Both the position numbers and the translations under genes were made by a program. Under the pieces are notes generated by a model that saw nothing but the letters and a program-made list of their open reading frames with translations, ran no database searches and was not told the DNA's origin. A DNA stretch of 62,094 nt, counting the filler, from Sphacelaria rigidula (Eukaryota), in the NCBI GenBank assembly GCA_964200075.2. It is 5 parts of 5 records of this genome, joined end to end, with 100 filler letters (N's around TTAATTAATTAA, not from the genome) between each part and the next. Parts side by side here need not be neighbours in the genome. Positions count along the whole stretch, not along the records: positions 12,441 to 24,780 come from CAXNAA020003876.1; positions 24,881 to 37,218 come from CAXNAA020003877.1; 3 more parts are not named here. One strand, written 5' to 3'. Positions 13,170 to 24,914 of the stretch are shown one piece after another. Each line of letters starts with the position of its first letter. The stretch's first letter is position 1.

Positions 13170-14947
13170 CCTGAACGCGACGCCGAGGATGCTTTCGCGG
13201 GACAAGTTGGACACGCGGCTGCCGTCCACTACGACGGACTCCCTGACTTGTCCCCACAGATCCACCGATAGAAGATGTTGGTACGGCGATTCCTCCAGTC
13301 GACCAGCCCATAACAAGCTACCCATCAACTCCTGTTCGACATGAAACATTTCGAGCAAGGTTTGGGTCGAGTCTAGTCAGGCCTGGTTTGATCTGAGTTG
13401 GCGATACTTCGGCTTGATCTCCTCAAACAATCCGCTGAAGTTGTTTGCTGGGTTTGACCTTCAGTCTCACTTGGTCCGGCTCGGATTTGGTTCGGCACGT
13501 ACTGGTTCGATTCAATCTAGTTCGGATTAATTGATTTTTTTCTTCTGTTTCTTCGTATCTTCAGCGAGTGTTTCAGTTTTGATTTTCGTGGGTACGTCTG
13601 TCATGAGACCACGGCTGGACCCCCCTGGGGGGCCAGTTGAAGTGCGACAAACAATCAATCGATCAATCAACAACAACGATCGTGCTTCAGTTACTCCAAG
13701 TCTCCCGCGCCACCTCAAAAGCAAGTGCGACCTGCAATCTACACTCCAAAAGAGAAGAGAGACTGGGGAAAAGACGCCGATATATTGATATACTGAAATA
13801 TGGATAAATCGATATATCGATCAAGTGAGTGAGTGAGTGGTTGTCGAGCCTCAACTGATCCCGAAGGAATCCAGCCATGGTATGGTCATTATCCACACGA
13901 TAGATGCACCCTAGAAAATGAACGAGATAGAAAGACTTGCTGAAGAAAAGTGAAAAAAAACAGGCAGACTACGAGAAATAAAAGAAGAGAAAAGAAAAGA
14001 AAAAGTTGGAGCAAAAGAAAAAATAAAGACAAGGACGAAATAAAAGCAACTAGACATGACCGGCCTCCGCCAACAAGATTTTGGTGGAGAAGGTCTTGAG
14101 TCGAAAACCACCCTTCTACCAAGAAATGAAGAAAAAAAAGCATGTTAACAGATTGCGGCCCATCTATTTCGACCTCGCGATTTTCGGGTTTGAGGATCTT
14201 ACCCACGTACCCTACGGAAGCGTCCAAACCCTGAATCAGACTCAATACAACTAGCAACAGGCGCGTGCATACAAGCAACTGGCATGGCCCGCCGAAAAAG
14301 TCGTACTCAAGGATGCACATGACAATTATTTAAATTTACCGGTGGGAAAAACCACGATCATAATTTAGCTACCAATCTTGCACGACACCAGGGTCAGCCT
14401 TTTTTCTTCCATTTTTTACAGGAATTCCAAAATATCTGACGCTCGCACTGGAGGCAACTCCGGTGTACACCTTCTCGTCAGTTGGACCATCCGTACGATA
14501 GAGATAATACCATCCGTACTAACGATCAAACACGTGTCCTGACCTGTATCTCCCGCATGTGGGCGGGGGCGAGAGCAGCAAATCGCTGCTTCGCAAAGAT
14601 TACCGCCTCATGTCGCTTCTCCGGCCCGGCCCCCTATTTTGTGCAGATTGCAGGGAAAGCATAGTAAGAACAGCAGTACCAGAAACCATCAGCAATACAT
14701 CCACCCTCAACAGCAACAAACAACAACAACAACAATACAAGGCCATAACATCTAGCAACAGTCCCGACATAGCAAGAAACGAGTAACAAGAAATACCAAC
14801 AATTAAACACACACAGGCACACACATATTTCATCTACTGTATCTGCATGGAACTTGGAGTTGCGCAAGAAACCGACACCCGTTTTTTCTCTCCCCTGTTT
14901 TCTTTTTCCAACAAGAATACTGTGTTCGCCAGTGGTATGTGTAAAAC

Positions 14948-14986
<39 letters not shown>

Positions 14987-17900
14987 CCCCCCCTCACAAC
15001 AGGGGTTCTCGTACCTGAAGAAAGCAAAGGAAGCGTAAGCGTGCCAGCTGGAAGTCCAGAGAGCTACCCACACCCTCAAGCGCAGTTCGTCGCTTTTCGA
15101 CCCACCTGCTTCGATCGTGAGCAGCAGTAAAATGATAGACTTGAGTTGCATTGAGATGAATTCTCGACAAAATAGCTAATATTGAATCAAAATGGAGTAA
15201 ATTGTAAACAAATATCGAAAGTGCATTCCTCGCGACAGTAATAAAACCTATACTCACGTAGCACGTACGTCTACATTATGTACGACTATATATGTACCTC
15301 CTCTTGTGCCATCAGTCTGAAAACTAGTGTTTGTGTGATCCTTTAACCGTGTCCGATTTGGTCGTCGTTTCTTTGGTGGGTTCTTGACTGTTTTTTCTAG
15401 TTAAAATAATGTTTGTTTTACTGTTGGTGCTTGAACCATGCGGCCGAACGGCCGAGAATAAATCAGTCGGGCCAAAAATGGTCGTATTCCGCCCCTTTGG
15501 CCCATCGAGCCCTTGGGCACCCTCAACTGGCCCGGCGGAATAGACAGCGCAACCTCCACCGCCATTGCAATGCGGCGGCCCAATGATAGCTCGCCGTCCT
15601 TAGGGCGGGATGGAGAGGTACTTGGGGGCACGTCCATCGCTTGTGTTGTCTGTGGGCTAAGTTTGGGGCAGTGAACATGAAATCTTATAAAAAAATATCT
15701 TATGATTCTCCAAAAAAAATTCATTAAATTCTTAGACATCAGTTTCACGTTCTGAAAAAAAAAATCATTTCTGCCCTCAATATTGAACGACTCACGAGGT
15801 GACCGGTTTTGAATATTCGGTACTTTTCGCTCGATGGAGCCAATTCTGATCGTTTTTGTAAACAAATCAAGAGAATGAAAAAAACGGAAAATCTACCTTT
15901 CCATTGCGCTAGAGCCAAACAACTGTGGTTTCTAGACCAATGACGGTCAATAACACTCTCCTGATGAAACGAGGTAATTACTCCGCATCACTCCGACAAC
16001 ACTGACTTGAGGATTGAGTCCTGAGCATGACCTGTCTATGCTCTCAATATCTCTCGACTCTAGCACTTTCGAGTGCTAAAGAAGAACAACGTGTGGGTAC
16101 TTTTCTTTTATCCGATTATAAACTCGCCGAGTTGTTCCGCCGAGTACTATATTTTCCGGTACAGACACTACCGTGACTTCACCAGCCCCTCCCCCCACAA
16201 GGCAGACTGTGACTTGGATAATGAACCTACTCCGATTCATTACGCTCGTACTGTATCTGACCCCTATCCTGTACGGGACAGAGGGGGGAGGGAGACGTGT
16301 TCTGGCACTGGACGCTGCGGGGCGATTCCATCATTTCTTGCCTTATTATAAGAAGGCAGATCAGTGTCATGTACCGGAAACTAACCTCTTTTACAACCGA
16401 ACCCCCGCCGCCCGCCCGCCCGCCCCATTTTCATGTAGGGAACAATATATACATATATTGCGCATAGTGACAAATATAGTACTTGGGTATCATAAATATT
16501 TTCCCACATGCATGGACATGAAATCGAGAAAAGGCCGTTTTTTTTCTGGTCAAGGGTATACACTTCAAGCACGCTGCACGCGCACCCTATAAGTACAATG
16601 GATGAATAGATCTCGTTCGATTTGATTTGGTGTGTGTCTCCGCTTTCACAGTTCTCCGTGAAGTACTTGGTGCGATAGCACCTCGCCCGGAAGAATAGGG
16701 TGACGCGGGATTTCTCAAGTGGTCCAGAACTTCGTAAACGTGGGACAGCTCATGCGCTACCTCAAACAACAAATCGAAGAGGACCCCCAGATCCGTTGTC
16801 CAAAAACACGCAATACGTGACAGCGGGGGGTTCGAGAAGTCAAAGCGTTACCTTCGCGCTACTCCGCCTGCTCGGCGTCCAGCGCTGCAGGGAGCAAATA
16901 CGGGGTAAACGGGGGCCAAACAAGCTAGCTCATAATCCGGACCAGTACGCTAGTCAGGAGTAATACCCAGGTAGGTCATGAGTTTTCTGAGGTGCGGGAC
17001 CTTGCTCATGACCACATCATGAAGAAGAAACATGAACATTTGCATATATATATATATACATACATGTAAATGCCACCATAGATTGACCGGTAGAGTGACG
17101 TCAGATGGCCGTCCAGAACCGTTGTCCTGGCCGGGATTACACAGATAGAGTCAGAACCGTTCCTGGAATTCCTCGGAGGAATACCTCGAAGGGAACATTC
17201 CTCGGATGAAGGCGGGGTATCTTTGCTATGTAAATTCAGCCCAGCTGGCTCGCCCACACGACACAACCCGGTGTGTACTCCGCACCAAACAGCTGAAGAA
17301 GAGACCAACGCCTTGTAAAACCTATAAGGGGCTTATCCCTTCCATAAATATGTGAATATATATATATACAAGTAAGGTATGCGATCCGTCGACCCTTCGA
17401 CCAATCAGCGCGGATTATCTGTTGAAGTGATATCACTTCTACTCAAGCAGAGAGCACTAGTGTAGGACTCGCCTGGCCACCGAAAGGGCTCACTAGTAAA
17501 TACAACAATGCACACCTCTCTGCCGGAACGAGATTTTTCTTCTTGAGTGCGTCTAGCACCGCGTGCATTTCCACCAGCTGGGCCGATGTTTCGGGTGATA
17601 TCGACGCCGAGGATTCCTGCATGCAGAACATGTCGGGAAGGGGGGGACGAACTCATTTGATGCTTGCCCTCGTCGTTGAACCACTGACCACGCATCCCTT
17701 TCGAGACGGAGCACCGTTCGTACTCCTTATAGAGACACCTCCAACATCCCGGCGCTCATTACGTTTCTTCCGTACATTACACAAAACCATTTTCATATCG
17801 TATCCTCGTCCTATTTCGCAGTCTTCGGCCATCATCCATCTCCTGGTATAGCCATCGTTTTCTCCACACGTCTAGTGCACCAAACGATTTCATGCCACCT

Positions 17901-19615
17901 TCGTTCACGTCCCGCATTTCCCTCTGTAGCAAATCTCGTTCCTCCTTGTATAGTTCACATTTTGCCATTACATTAGTTCCGCCCTCTATTGCTTTGACGC
18001 AGGGGCAATTATGTTCATCTACTTCCTCCTCCACTCGACAACTGGTTTACATCTTCCTTCTTTGTGGCAGGTCCAGGTCCTCCATCCGGAATCGCAGTTT
18101 CAAGTTTCTCGCCGCGTCCATTGAGTCATGCAAATATGTTTACATCCCGATCCCCTCTCTCAACCCCCCGTATATGTCCAGGTGTTCTTCCTCGTCTATT
18201 TTGCGCCTGAGCGCTTCTTTTTCCCTTTCTTTCATCATGTCTAGTCGGGAGGGGGGTGGTGGTGGTGGGGGGGTGTACTCATGATCATGCATGCCATAGT
18301 CATAAGACTAGCGACCTCGCATCCCTACGAAGCCGGGATGGAGCGCGCCGGATTTCGCCGGACCAGGCTCGCACTCAAGCATCAAGCGCGAAGCGCCGTG
18401 GTATGTTCGGCGAGTCGCATGAAGGGTGAGCTGCATTTTGCCAATATTAATCGGCCCGAAGCCTACTGGTTCATCTTGTATTCGGATGACAGCCAACAAT
18501 GAGTTGCTTCATTTTCTCGTATCGCCACTTGTAGAGACAGCCACGGCTTAAACACTGCCTCATGGGTGCCTGACCACTCAAACACTACGTGGTACGACGA
18601 TCCCATTGTGCGGAGTTGATGTTCGCCCACACCGCACAACATGATCTAGCTCGACTACCATCATGGTTACCGCAAAAAAAAAAACGCAGGCGCGCAAAAA
18701 AAATGATGACCTGGTTGCCTAGCTTACGCAGTGAGTGGCGTGTTTCATAGCGTCATCGCCAACCGACGCCAGTCCCATCGGGGTAGGGTGGGGTGAAAAA
18801 TAATAATAAACAGCAAAAACGAAGAGGTGTAATCACAGCAGCTCGTCATCATGGACCCTAAAAGAATATCCAAGGTGTACACATACGTGCGTCCGCACCA
18901 TACTCTCGATCGACGAAGGTTGCAGTCATATAAAAACTAAATTGCTCCAGTAGAACTTGAAAAATAAATATGTACATTTGTTCACGAAAACGATTGGAAA
19001 GGCTTCAACCCGGGCAAAATCACCTCAGGGTCAGGATCTGGGGGTGGGTAGACGCAGGACCCTCGAGGACCGGTCGGCCCGTTAGTCGTTCAATATTAAG
19101 GGCAGAAACGACGATCTCTTCGGAATATGAAGCGAATGCCTAGTATCTCCCGATCCCCACCAAAGTTTGGGATCAAATATTCACTGGGATCAGCGGTGGC
19201 ACGCAAAAAAAAAACTATTGAAAAACCGTCAACTACGAAAAAAAATAATAATAATAATAATACAGTTGGAAACGACTACATAGCAGATCGGACCCATGCC
19301 AAGCGAATTTGACCGCACGGTGGAGAGACCCCACGCTTCAGAGTACCGCACGGTAGTCGGATCCCTCCCACTGCAGATACAGAACGTGTGTGAATGTATT
19401 GTATAACCCAAATCCATCAGCTGGGAATATTTTTCAGACGGGGATAAACTTAACGGAACATGAGTTGTTCTGTTCGACCCCCCTTTTTTTTCCTGTCCCC
19501 TCTTTTTCTCAAAGCGTGTTTCAGTTTCGTTTTTCTTCGGGACGTCCATCAAGAGACCACGGCTGGACCCGTGGGGGGTCAGTTGAAGTGCGACAATCAA
19601 TCAAAATCAATCAAG

Positions 19616-19654
<39 letters not shown>

Positions 19655-22600
19655 ATCGTCGCACATTCACTGATTCATGCCCCCGGGATCCAGCCGCGGC
19701 CACGTGATAAACCTACCCGAGATAGAAAAACGAAATGGAAACACTCGCTGAAGAAAGGTGAATAATACAGAGAAGGCGGACCAGAAACAAAAGAGTAGAC
19801 TCAAAAGCAAAAAAAAAAGAGGTGAAATATCGAAACTGCATTACTTTAGCTGTATAACAGGAGTACCGACTGAGCGAGGAAGGTATTACACGTTGGTTTG
19901 TTGAGCAGTTTTTATGGATCACTATTACACGTACTGTACCAAAAAAGCTACGAAAAAAGGACGAACCGCAAGAACTGAACACTACATTTACAGCGAGCGA
20001 AGAAACTGAGAATATATGTGTGTGTATATATATATATATATGTATATATGCGGTCTTGATGAAGTACACGTGATGATGGCCACTGCTTCCTTCCACCCGC
20101 CTCCCGTTTTTTCGTGCTTGTTTCCACTACCCTATTTCATGTATCTCTTCTCAGATATAATCATTTCCGACTTTTGTTGTCATACCTCTGCGAACTTCGC
20201 GGCAGATCGAAAGGAACCGCTGTGGTAGAGATGAGTGATGATCGACGTTTGTAAGGCCTCCTCAGGCAAGTTGGGTGTCCGTCGTACGCTCTCCACATCG
20301 GCTCCGAATTGCTGCAAAAAAAAAGTAGATACAACCACCACCGCACGACAGATAAAGATATATATATATATATATTCATCTATAAAAAGTACATTGGACG
20401 GACACTATGTAGACTTCGATGAACTCTTGAAAAATACAAAGCACACAAATACACACACATAGTCACGACAGGCACACGATCGAAAGCACGACAAGGGCGA
20501 GGTGGAGTGGGGGGGAGGGGAGGGAGTTACTCATTATCTTGCATGCCGCAATCACAAGACTTTTGACCCCGCATTTCTACAAAGCCGGGACGGCGCATGC
20601 TGGGACGGCGCATGCCGGGTTCTCGCCGGACCAGGCTCGCAACCAATCACCAACCGCAAAGTGCCGTCATTTGTTTGGCGAGTCGCATGGTCAGCTGCAT
20701 CCAGCCAAGATATTTCGGCCCGAAGCGTCCTGATTCATTACCTTGCATATGGATGACAGCCTCGGGTTACACTGACGGCCTCATGACTTTCTTTCCATTC
20801 AAATACTGCGTTTACAATCACCTCCTTTGCGCGGAGTTGAGGTTTCCCCTCCCCGCACAAAATGATCCAGCTCGAACAGCATCATGGTTACAGCAAAAAA
20901 AAACGCAAGCGCGCACAAAAAAATCGGCATCCTGGTTGCCTAGCTTACGGAGTAAGTGGCGTATTTCACAGCGTCGTTGCCAACCGACGCCAACCCTCAG
21001 AAATAATGGGGAGGGGGGAGGCGTACTCATTTGTTGCTCGCCCTAGTCGTTTGACCATTGACCACGCATCCCTTTCGAGACGGAGCACCGTATCTACTCC
21101 TAATAGAGGTATCTCAAACTCGGCTCCCGGTATCCTGGTTTATTCGCTGGCTCTGAGTTGTGTACTATTTTTTCAAGTGAAAGTGATCGCGAGTGATCGG
21201 TTCATAGGAAGACCTAACCAGGCGGTCAAAGGGTCTCATCATCTGATGAATCGCCATCAACTTCGCTCGAAAAAATAGAACAAAACAAACCAGGATACCG
21301 AGAGTCGAGTTTGAGATACCTCTAGTAGAAACACCTCCAACACCTGGGCGCTCACTACACTTCTTCCATACATTACACAAAAACCATTTCCATATCTTAT
21401 CCCCGTCCTGTTTCGCCATCTGTGGCCACCATCTGTCTCCTAGAACAGCCATCATTTTCTCGCTACTGTCTAATGCATCAAACGATTCCATGCCACCTTC
21501 GTTCAAGTCCCGCATTTCCTCCTCTAGCATGTCCCGTTCCTCCTTGTATACTTCACATTCTGCAACTACATGACTTCTGCTCTCTATTACTTCGCCATAG
21601 ATGCAGTTCTGTACATCTACTTCCTCCTCCACACGACTACTGGTATATCTCGGAGAGGGGAGGGGGGGAGGGGGGTTCACCACTTCAGGGTCCCCCACAT
21701 GTCCACTACGTGTGTGTGTATACGTTCGTGTGCTGTCACATCTTCCCTCACACCATGGCAAATCACGAATGCAGGCATCCAAAAAATGACAACCCCAGAA
21801 AGCTCACCAACGCACTCCAGAGCAAACACAACCAAACCCCCTCTTGCATTGTTTCCAAGCAGAGTTTATCTTCCTGTCACAAGCCGCCATCATCCAACAC
21901 GAGCATCTCAGTTTTATTTCTTTTCTGAGCGTATAGAGCATGACTTGACGTAATGACATCCCCCAATTCCGAAATAGAACAAAAAGAGAAAATATGTTTT
22001 CGAGGCTATAATTACACTCATATATCTCCACATTTCAATACAGCTTCCTCCTTTTCAATACATCGAAAATCGACAACGAAATTCAACCAACATTTCTGAA
22101 AGCATCAAACTCAACAACGATGAACACCCATATTCACAACCATCGGATCATGAAACCATCTAGTATTCAACTGTATCATGGGATATATCGTTAAAGTATA
22201 CTAGCGGAAAACACTTTTACTTGGGAGACGTTCTGTCAAGTAGTCTGCGGGCTGGCTCGCACGTTATCCCCAAAATTTACTCATTCGCAAATGTTTACGC
22301 CCATTCTTGGAGTTAGGCTTTGAACATTTGGACACATACACTATGGGACATTACAAACTTTAAATAGACGGGGTCTTTCGAGGTTTCTTTCTACGCTAAT
22401 TATCGGGGGCCCCAGGGTTTCGGGGGATTTGGGAGGATCGCATGACATTTGGGCTTTGTGCGATATAATGAAAATAAAATAAGCAAATTCCTAACTACCC
22501 GGTTGTAGTATGAAAACGTATTTTGACGTTGAAACGAGAAAACTGCATCAAGTTTTCGAGTCACGCGACAAGACTTTGTACAAATGCTCCTTGGACTACT

Positions 22601-24648
22601 TCCCCGGGACAGGTATATATTTTTCTTCTAATAATAATAATAATAATAATTGAAGGCATATTGGACCGGCCTCCGGGGGTCTTCCCGCTGGGACCCGCGA
22701 AAGCAGATGAAGAGTGGAGAAACACTGAAGAACATTTTGCAATGATACTCGTACCTTTTTCGGTTCGGAGGGTTAATACCTAACGATGTAGTTTGAGAGC
22801 AATCTGAGCTTCTACGGCAGATATAAGGTGAACCGTCAGGAGGATTCATGGGTCTTCGGTACAGATCAGGGAAAATACGACGACGCCGAATCCCTGTACC
22901 ACCGAAATACCCCGAATTTGGACGTAGTCTAATATCATCGTGACCATTTCCACAGTTGTTTTTTCCCGTCAGATTCCCAAAAGCCGACGGTTATTACGAT
23001 TTGCAGCATGTGGAAATTGGGTAGAAACTGGGCTGGCAATTCGTATTTTGAATTTCAGAATAGTTTGAAGGCCGCTGATTGGTTGCCGTATCTTTCGACC
23101 CTAGCGCCACCTTTATGACCTTGAACAAAAGTCCGGCTGTATAGTACCCTCTTCTGTTGTCCATGGTGGTCAGTATGATACATAAAACGCGACAATTGGG
23201 GAGGTATTGCGGAAGGGCACTTCCTGATAACATAAGTTTGGGTGATAAGCGTGAACCAGGCCGTACCTATGTTGGGGTGATGAACCACCGTACATTACCT
23301 GGAGTATATTGAATGGCAGCTGTTTTCAAGGGCTTTTTAACGACATCTATATTTGTCCACTTTTGGGTTAGTTGCTCCAAAACACGTGCTGTGTGATCTC
23401 GGAATGATAACTTTTTCATCATTATTTTTGTTGCTCTTATCTCGAAACCGACCATGATGTATTGCACACGTGAATCTGGAGTAAGGGCAAAGTCTGAGAA
23501 TAGAGCTCTCGATGAACACCTGGCACGGGCTCCACTTCGTCACCTCACACGATCCAGAAAAAGCAAAGAACATGACATGTACGTCGCACTTCGTCATTAT
23601 CCATTTCCCCTGGATTCTCCACGCAAACGTTACTTTTGCAGTAGAGCCGGTACCACGCGCTCATCAGGCATGACGGTGTATAAATATGTGGCTCAACGCA
23701 CATGTGAAGCATATGCCACGATATTCAAAAGAACTACGGAGCCCTACCCAAGGCTAACATGCCTACAGCGCCCCAGGGCACGCGGTGTATGGCGCTAGAC
23801 ACTCGCACCGGGACTTTTCTGACCCGCGACAAGCCTGCAAAAGAAGAAAGTGGAAATTTCAACAAAAGTTCTGTGCAAACTGATTTCGGGGGCGAGGGTC
23901 ACCGATGTTCATTTATTTTCGCTAAATCTTCGATGATGAAAAAGTCATATGGGTACACGTTTTTCCAGGTAAGCGTCATCCCCCGAATCCTTGAATATCA
24001 CGTATCCTCTCTGTCTCTCTCTCCATCTTTCTCTCTTTCAAGAAAATCAAAAGAGGGTCAAAAATGAAAACCCCGTCGACTCCTGTGCATACAACACGCC
24101 CACAAACCAACCTTTTCCGCGGCCTTCGCAAGCTTCGATATGGTCGCATGGAAGTTCTTGTGCTCCGACCCCACAGACTCCAGCGGCTTCATGCTCTCAC
24201 ACTCCTTAGCCAGCTCTTTCAGAACTTCGCCCGCGTCCGCTGCGGGCGTCGCCGCTGCCGTCTCCTTCTTCTTCCCAGCACCGCCCTTTCCCTTCCCCTT
24301 GCCCTGCTTCCCATCACCACTACTACTATTACTATTGCTACTGGTATCATCGCTGTTGCGGATACTCTTTTCGTCCAGCGTCCGCTTTGCCGCCGCGATT
24401 TTATCGGACAAACCGTCGATAGCCTTCAGCGTTACCCAAAGATTCTTGCCCTGTCGAGCCTCGGCCTTGCTGAGCTCCGCGCCGAGCATGATGCTCTGAA
24501 CGTCAGTCGGAGACGCGTTGACACCACTGGGAGAGGATGTGGTCGTGTTGGCGCTGGATATTGCAGACGGAGACGATGTACCTTGTTGTTGTTGTGGAGG
24601 TGGCGGAGGCGGCGGGGATGGCGGTCGTGTTTGACGGAGTGACGACAT
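13170..24648 (-). CDS. RMND5: RMND5/GID2-like CTLH-complex E3 ubiquitin ligase subunit, 3'-incomplete. Exons 24648-24112, 20311-20186, 17616-17516, 15105-15015, 14633-14544, 13331-13170
   Basis: Six phase-consistent GT-AG exons. They encode SEHKNFHATISKLAKAAEK-QF (compare human [21 protein letters not shown]), LisH LQTSIITHLYHSGSFRSAAKFAEES, CTLH EMHAVLDALKKKNLVPAERWVEKRR...SSLDFQLARLRFL and CRA HMREIQELMGSLLWAGRLEESPYQHLL. No RING exon was found before the contig end. Confidence 0.92.
13530..14050. mobile_element. Two convergent copies of an (AATC)n-tailed short retroposon (13530-13680 on +, 13825-14050 on -)
   Basis: 3' end gagaccacggctggaccc..ggggg.cagttgaagtgcgaca followed by aatc repeats. 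The second copy is a degenerate reverse complement with a (tgag)n tail. Confidence 0.65.
14951..14980. repeat. (CA)n microsatellite
   Basis: 15 ac units inside an RMND5 intron. Confidence 0.95.
17647..18243 (-). mobile_element. 5'-truncated LINE 3' end with G/C-tract TSD
   Basis: Homologous to 35600-36200 (EEEVDEHNCPCVKAIE...RDVNEGGMKSF). Flanked by gtcgggaaggggggg (17632-17646) and gtcgggagggggg (18244-18256). Confidence 0.85.
18274..18780 (-). mobile_element. ~500-bp non-autonomous retroposon (SINE-like) sharing the LINE 3' end
   Basis: Colinear with 20526-20992 and 49516-49656. On the minus strand it ends agggatgcgaggtc...atgagtacacccccc. Confidence 0.8.
19480..19820. mobile_element. Tail-to-tail pair of (AATC)n-tailed short retroposons
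   Basis: The + copy ends gttgaagtgcgacaatcaatc at ~19614. It is immediately followed by (gatt)n and an inverted copy. Confidence 0.7.
20526..20992 (-). mobile_element. Second copy of the C-tract-ended SINE-like element
   Basis: Colinear with 18274-18780 (cgccggaccaggctcgca...ctggttgcctagcttacg...gccaaccgacgcca). G-tract at its 3' flank. Confidence 0.8.
21021..21656 (-). mobile_element. 5'-truncated LINE 3' end interrupted by a MITE
   Basis: Encodes EEEVDVQNCIYGEVIESRSHVVAECE...GDRWWPQMAKQDGDKI. Flanked by ggggaggggggag (21008-21020) and ggggagggggggag (21657-21670). Confidence 0.85.
21106..21322. mobile_element. 217-bp MITE
   Basis: ~35-bp TIRs gaggtatctcaaactcggctcccggtatcctggttt and aaaccaggataccgagagtcgagtttgagatacctc. 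Flanks are taata and tagta. Absent from the other LINE copies. Confidence 0.85.
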
Positions 24649-24780
24649 TTTCCTCCTCTATTCTTTATTTTCTATTATTTTTCTGTCTCGTGCAGGGGGG
24701 GGGGGGGGGGGGGGGGGGGGGTTAGTGTTAATTTTTTTTTTTTTTTTTTTCAGGTTTGTGTGGGGGTGGGGGGGGGGGTG

Positions 24781-24880
24781 NNNNNNNNNNNNNNNNNNNN
24801 NNNNNNNNNNNNNNNNNNNNNNNNTTAATTAATTAANNNNNNNNNNNNNNNNNNNNNNNNNNNNNNNNNNNNNNNNNNNN
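24781..24880. other. Artificial contig spacer
   Basis: N44-TTAATTAATTAA-N44. Confidence 0.98.
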
Positions 24881-24914
24881 GCATGCATGATCATGAGTAC
24901 ACTCCCCCCCCCCC
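24881..24914 (+). mobile_element. 3' tip of the C-tract-ended SINE-like element at a contig edge
   Basis: gcatgcatgatcatgagtacact followed by a run of C. Confidence 0.7.

Noticed and set aside
16153-16380. Small MITE with ~17-bp TIRs (tttccggtacagacact / agtgtcatgtaccggaaa)
   Set aside because: Single copy in the window, short imperfect TIR and unclear TSD; support is insufficient.
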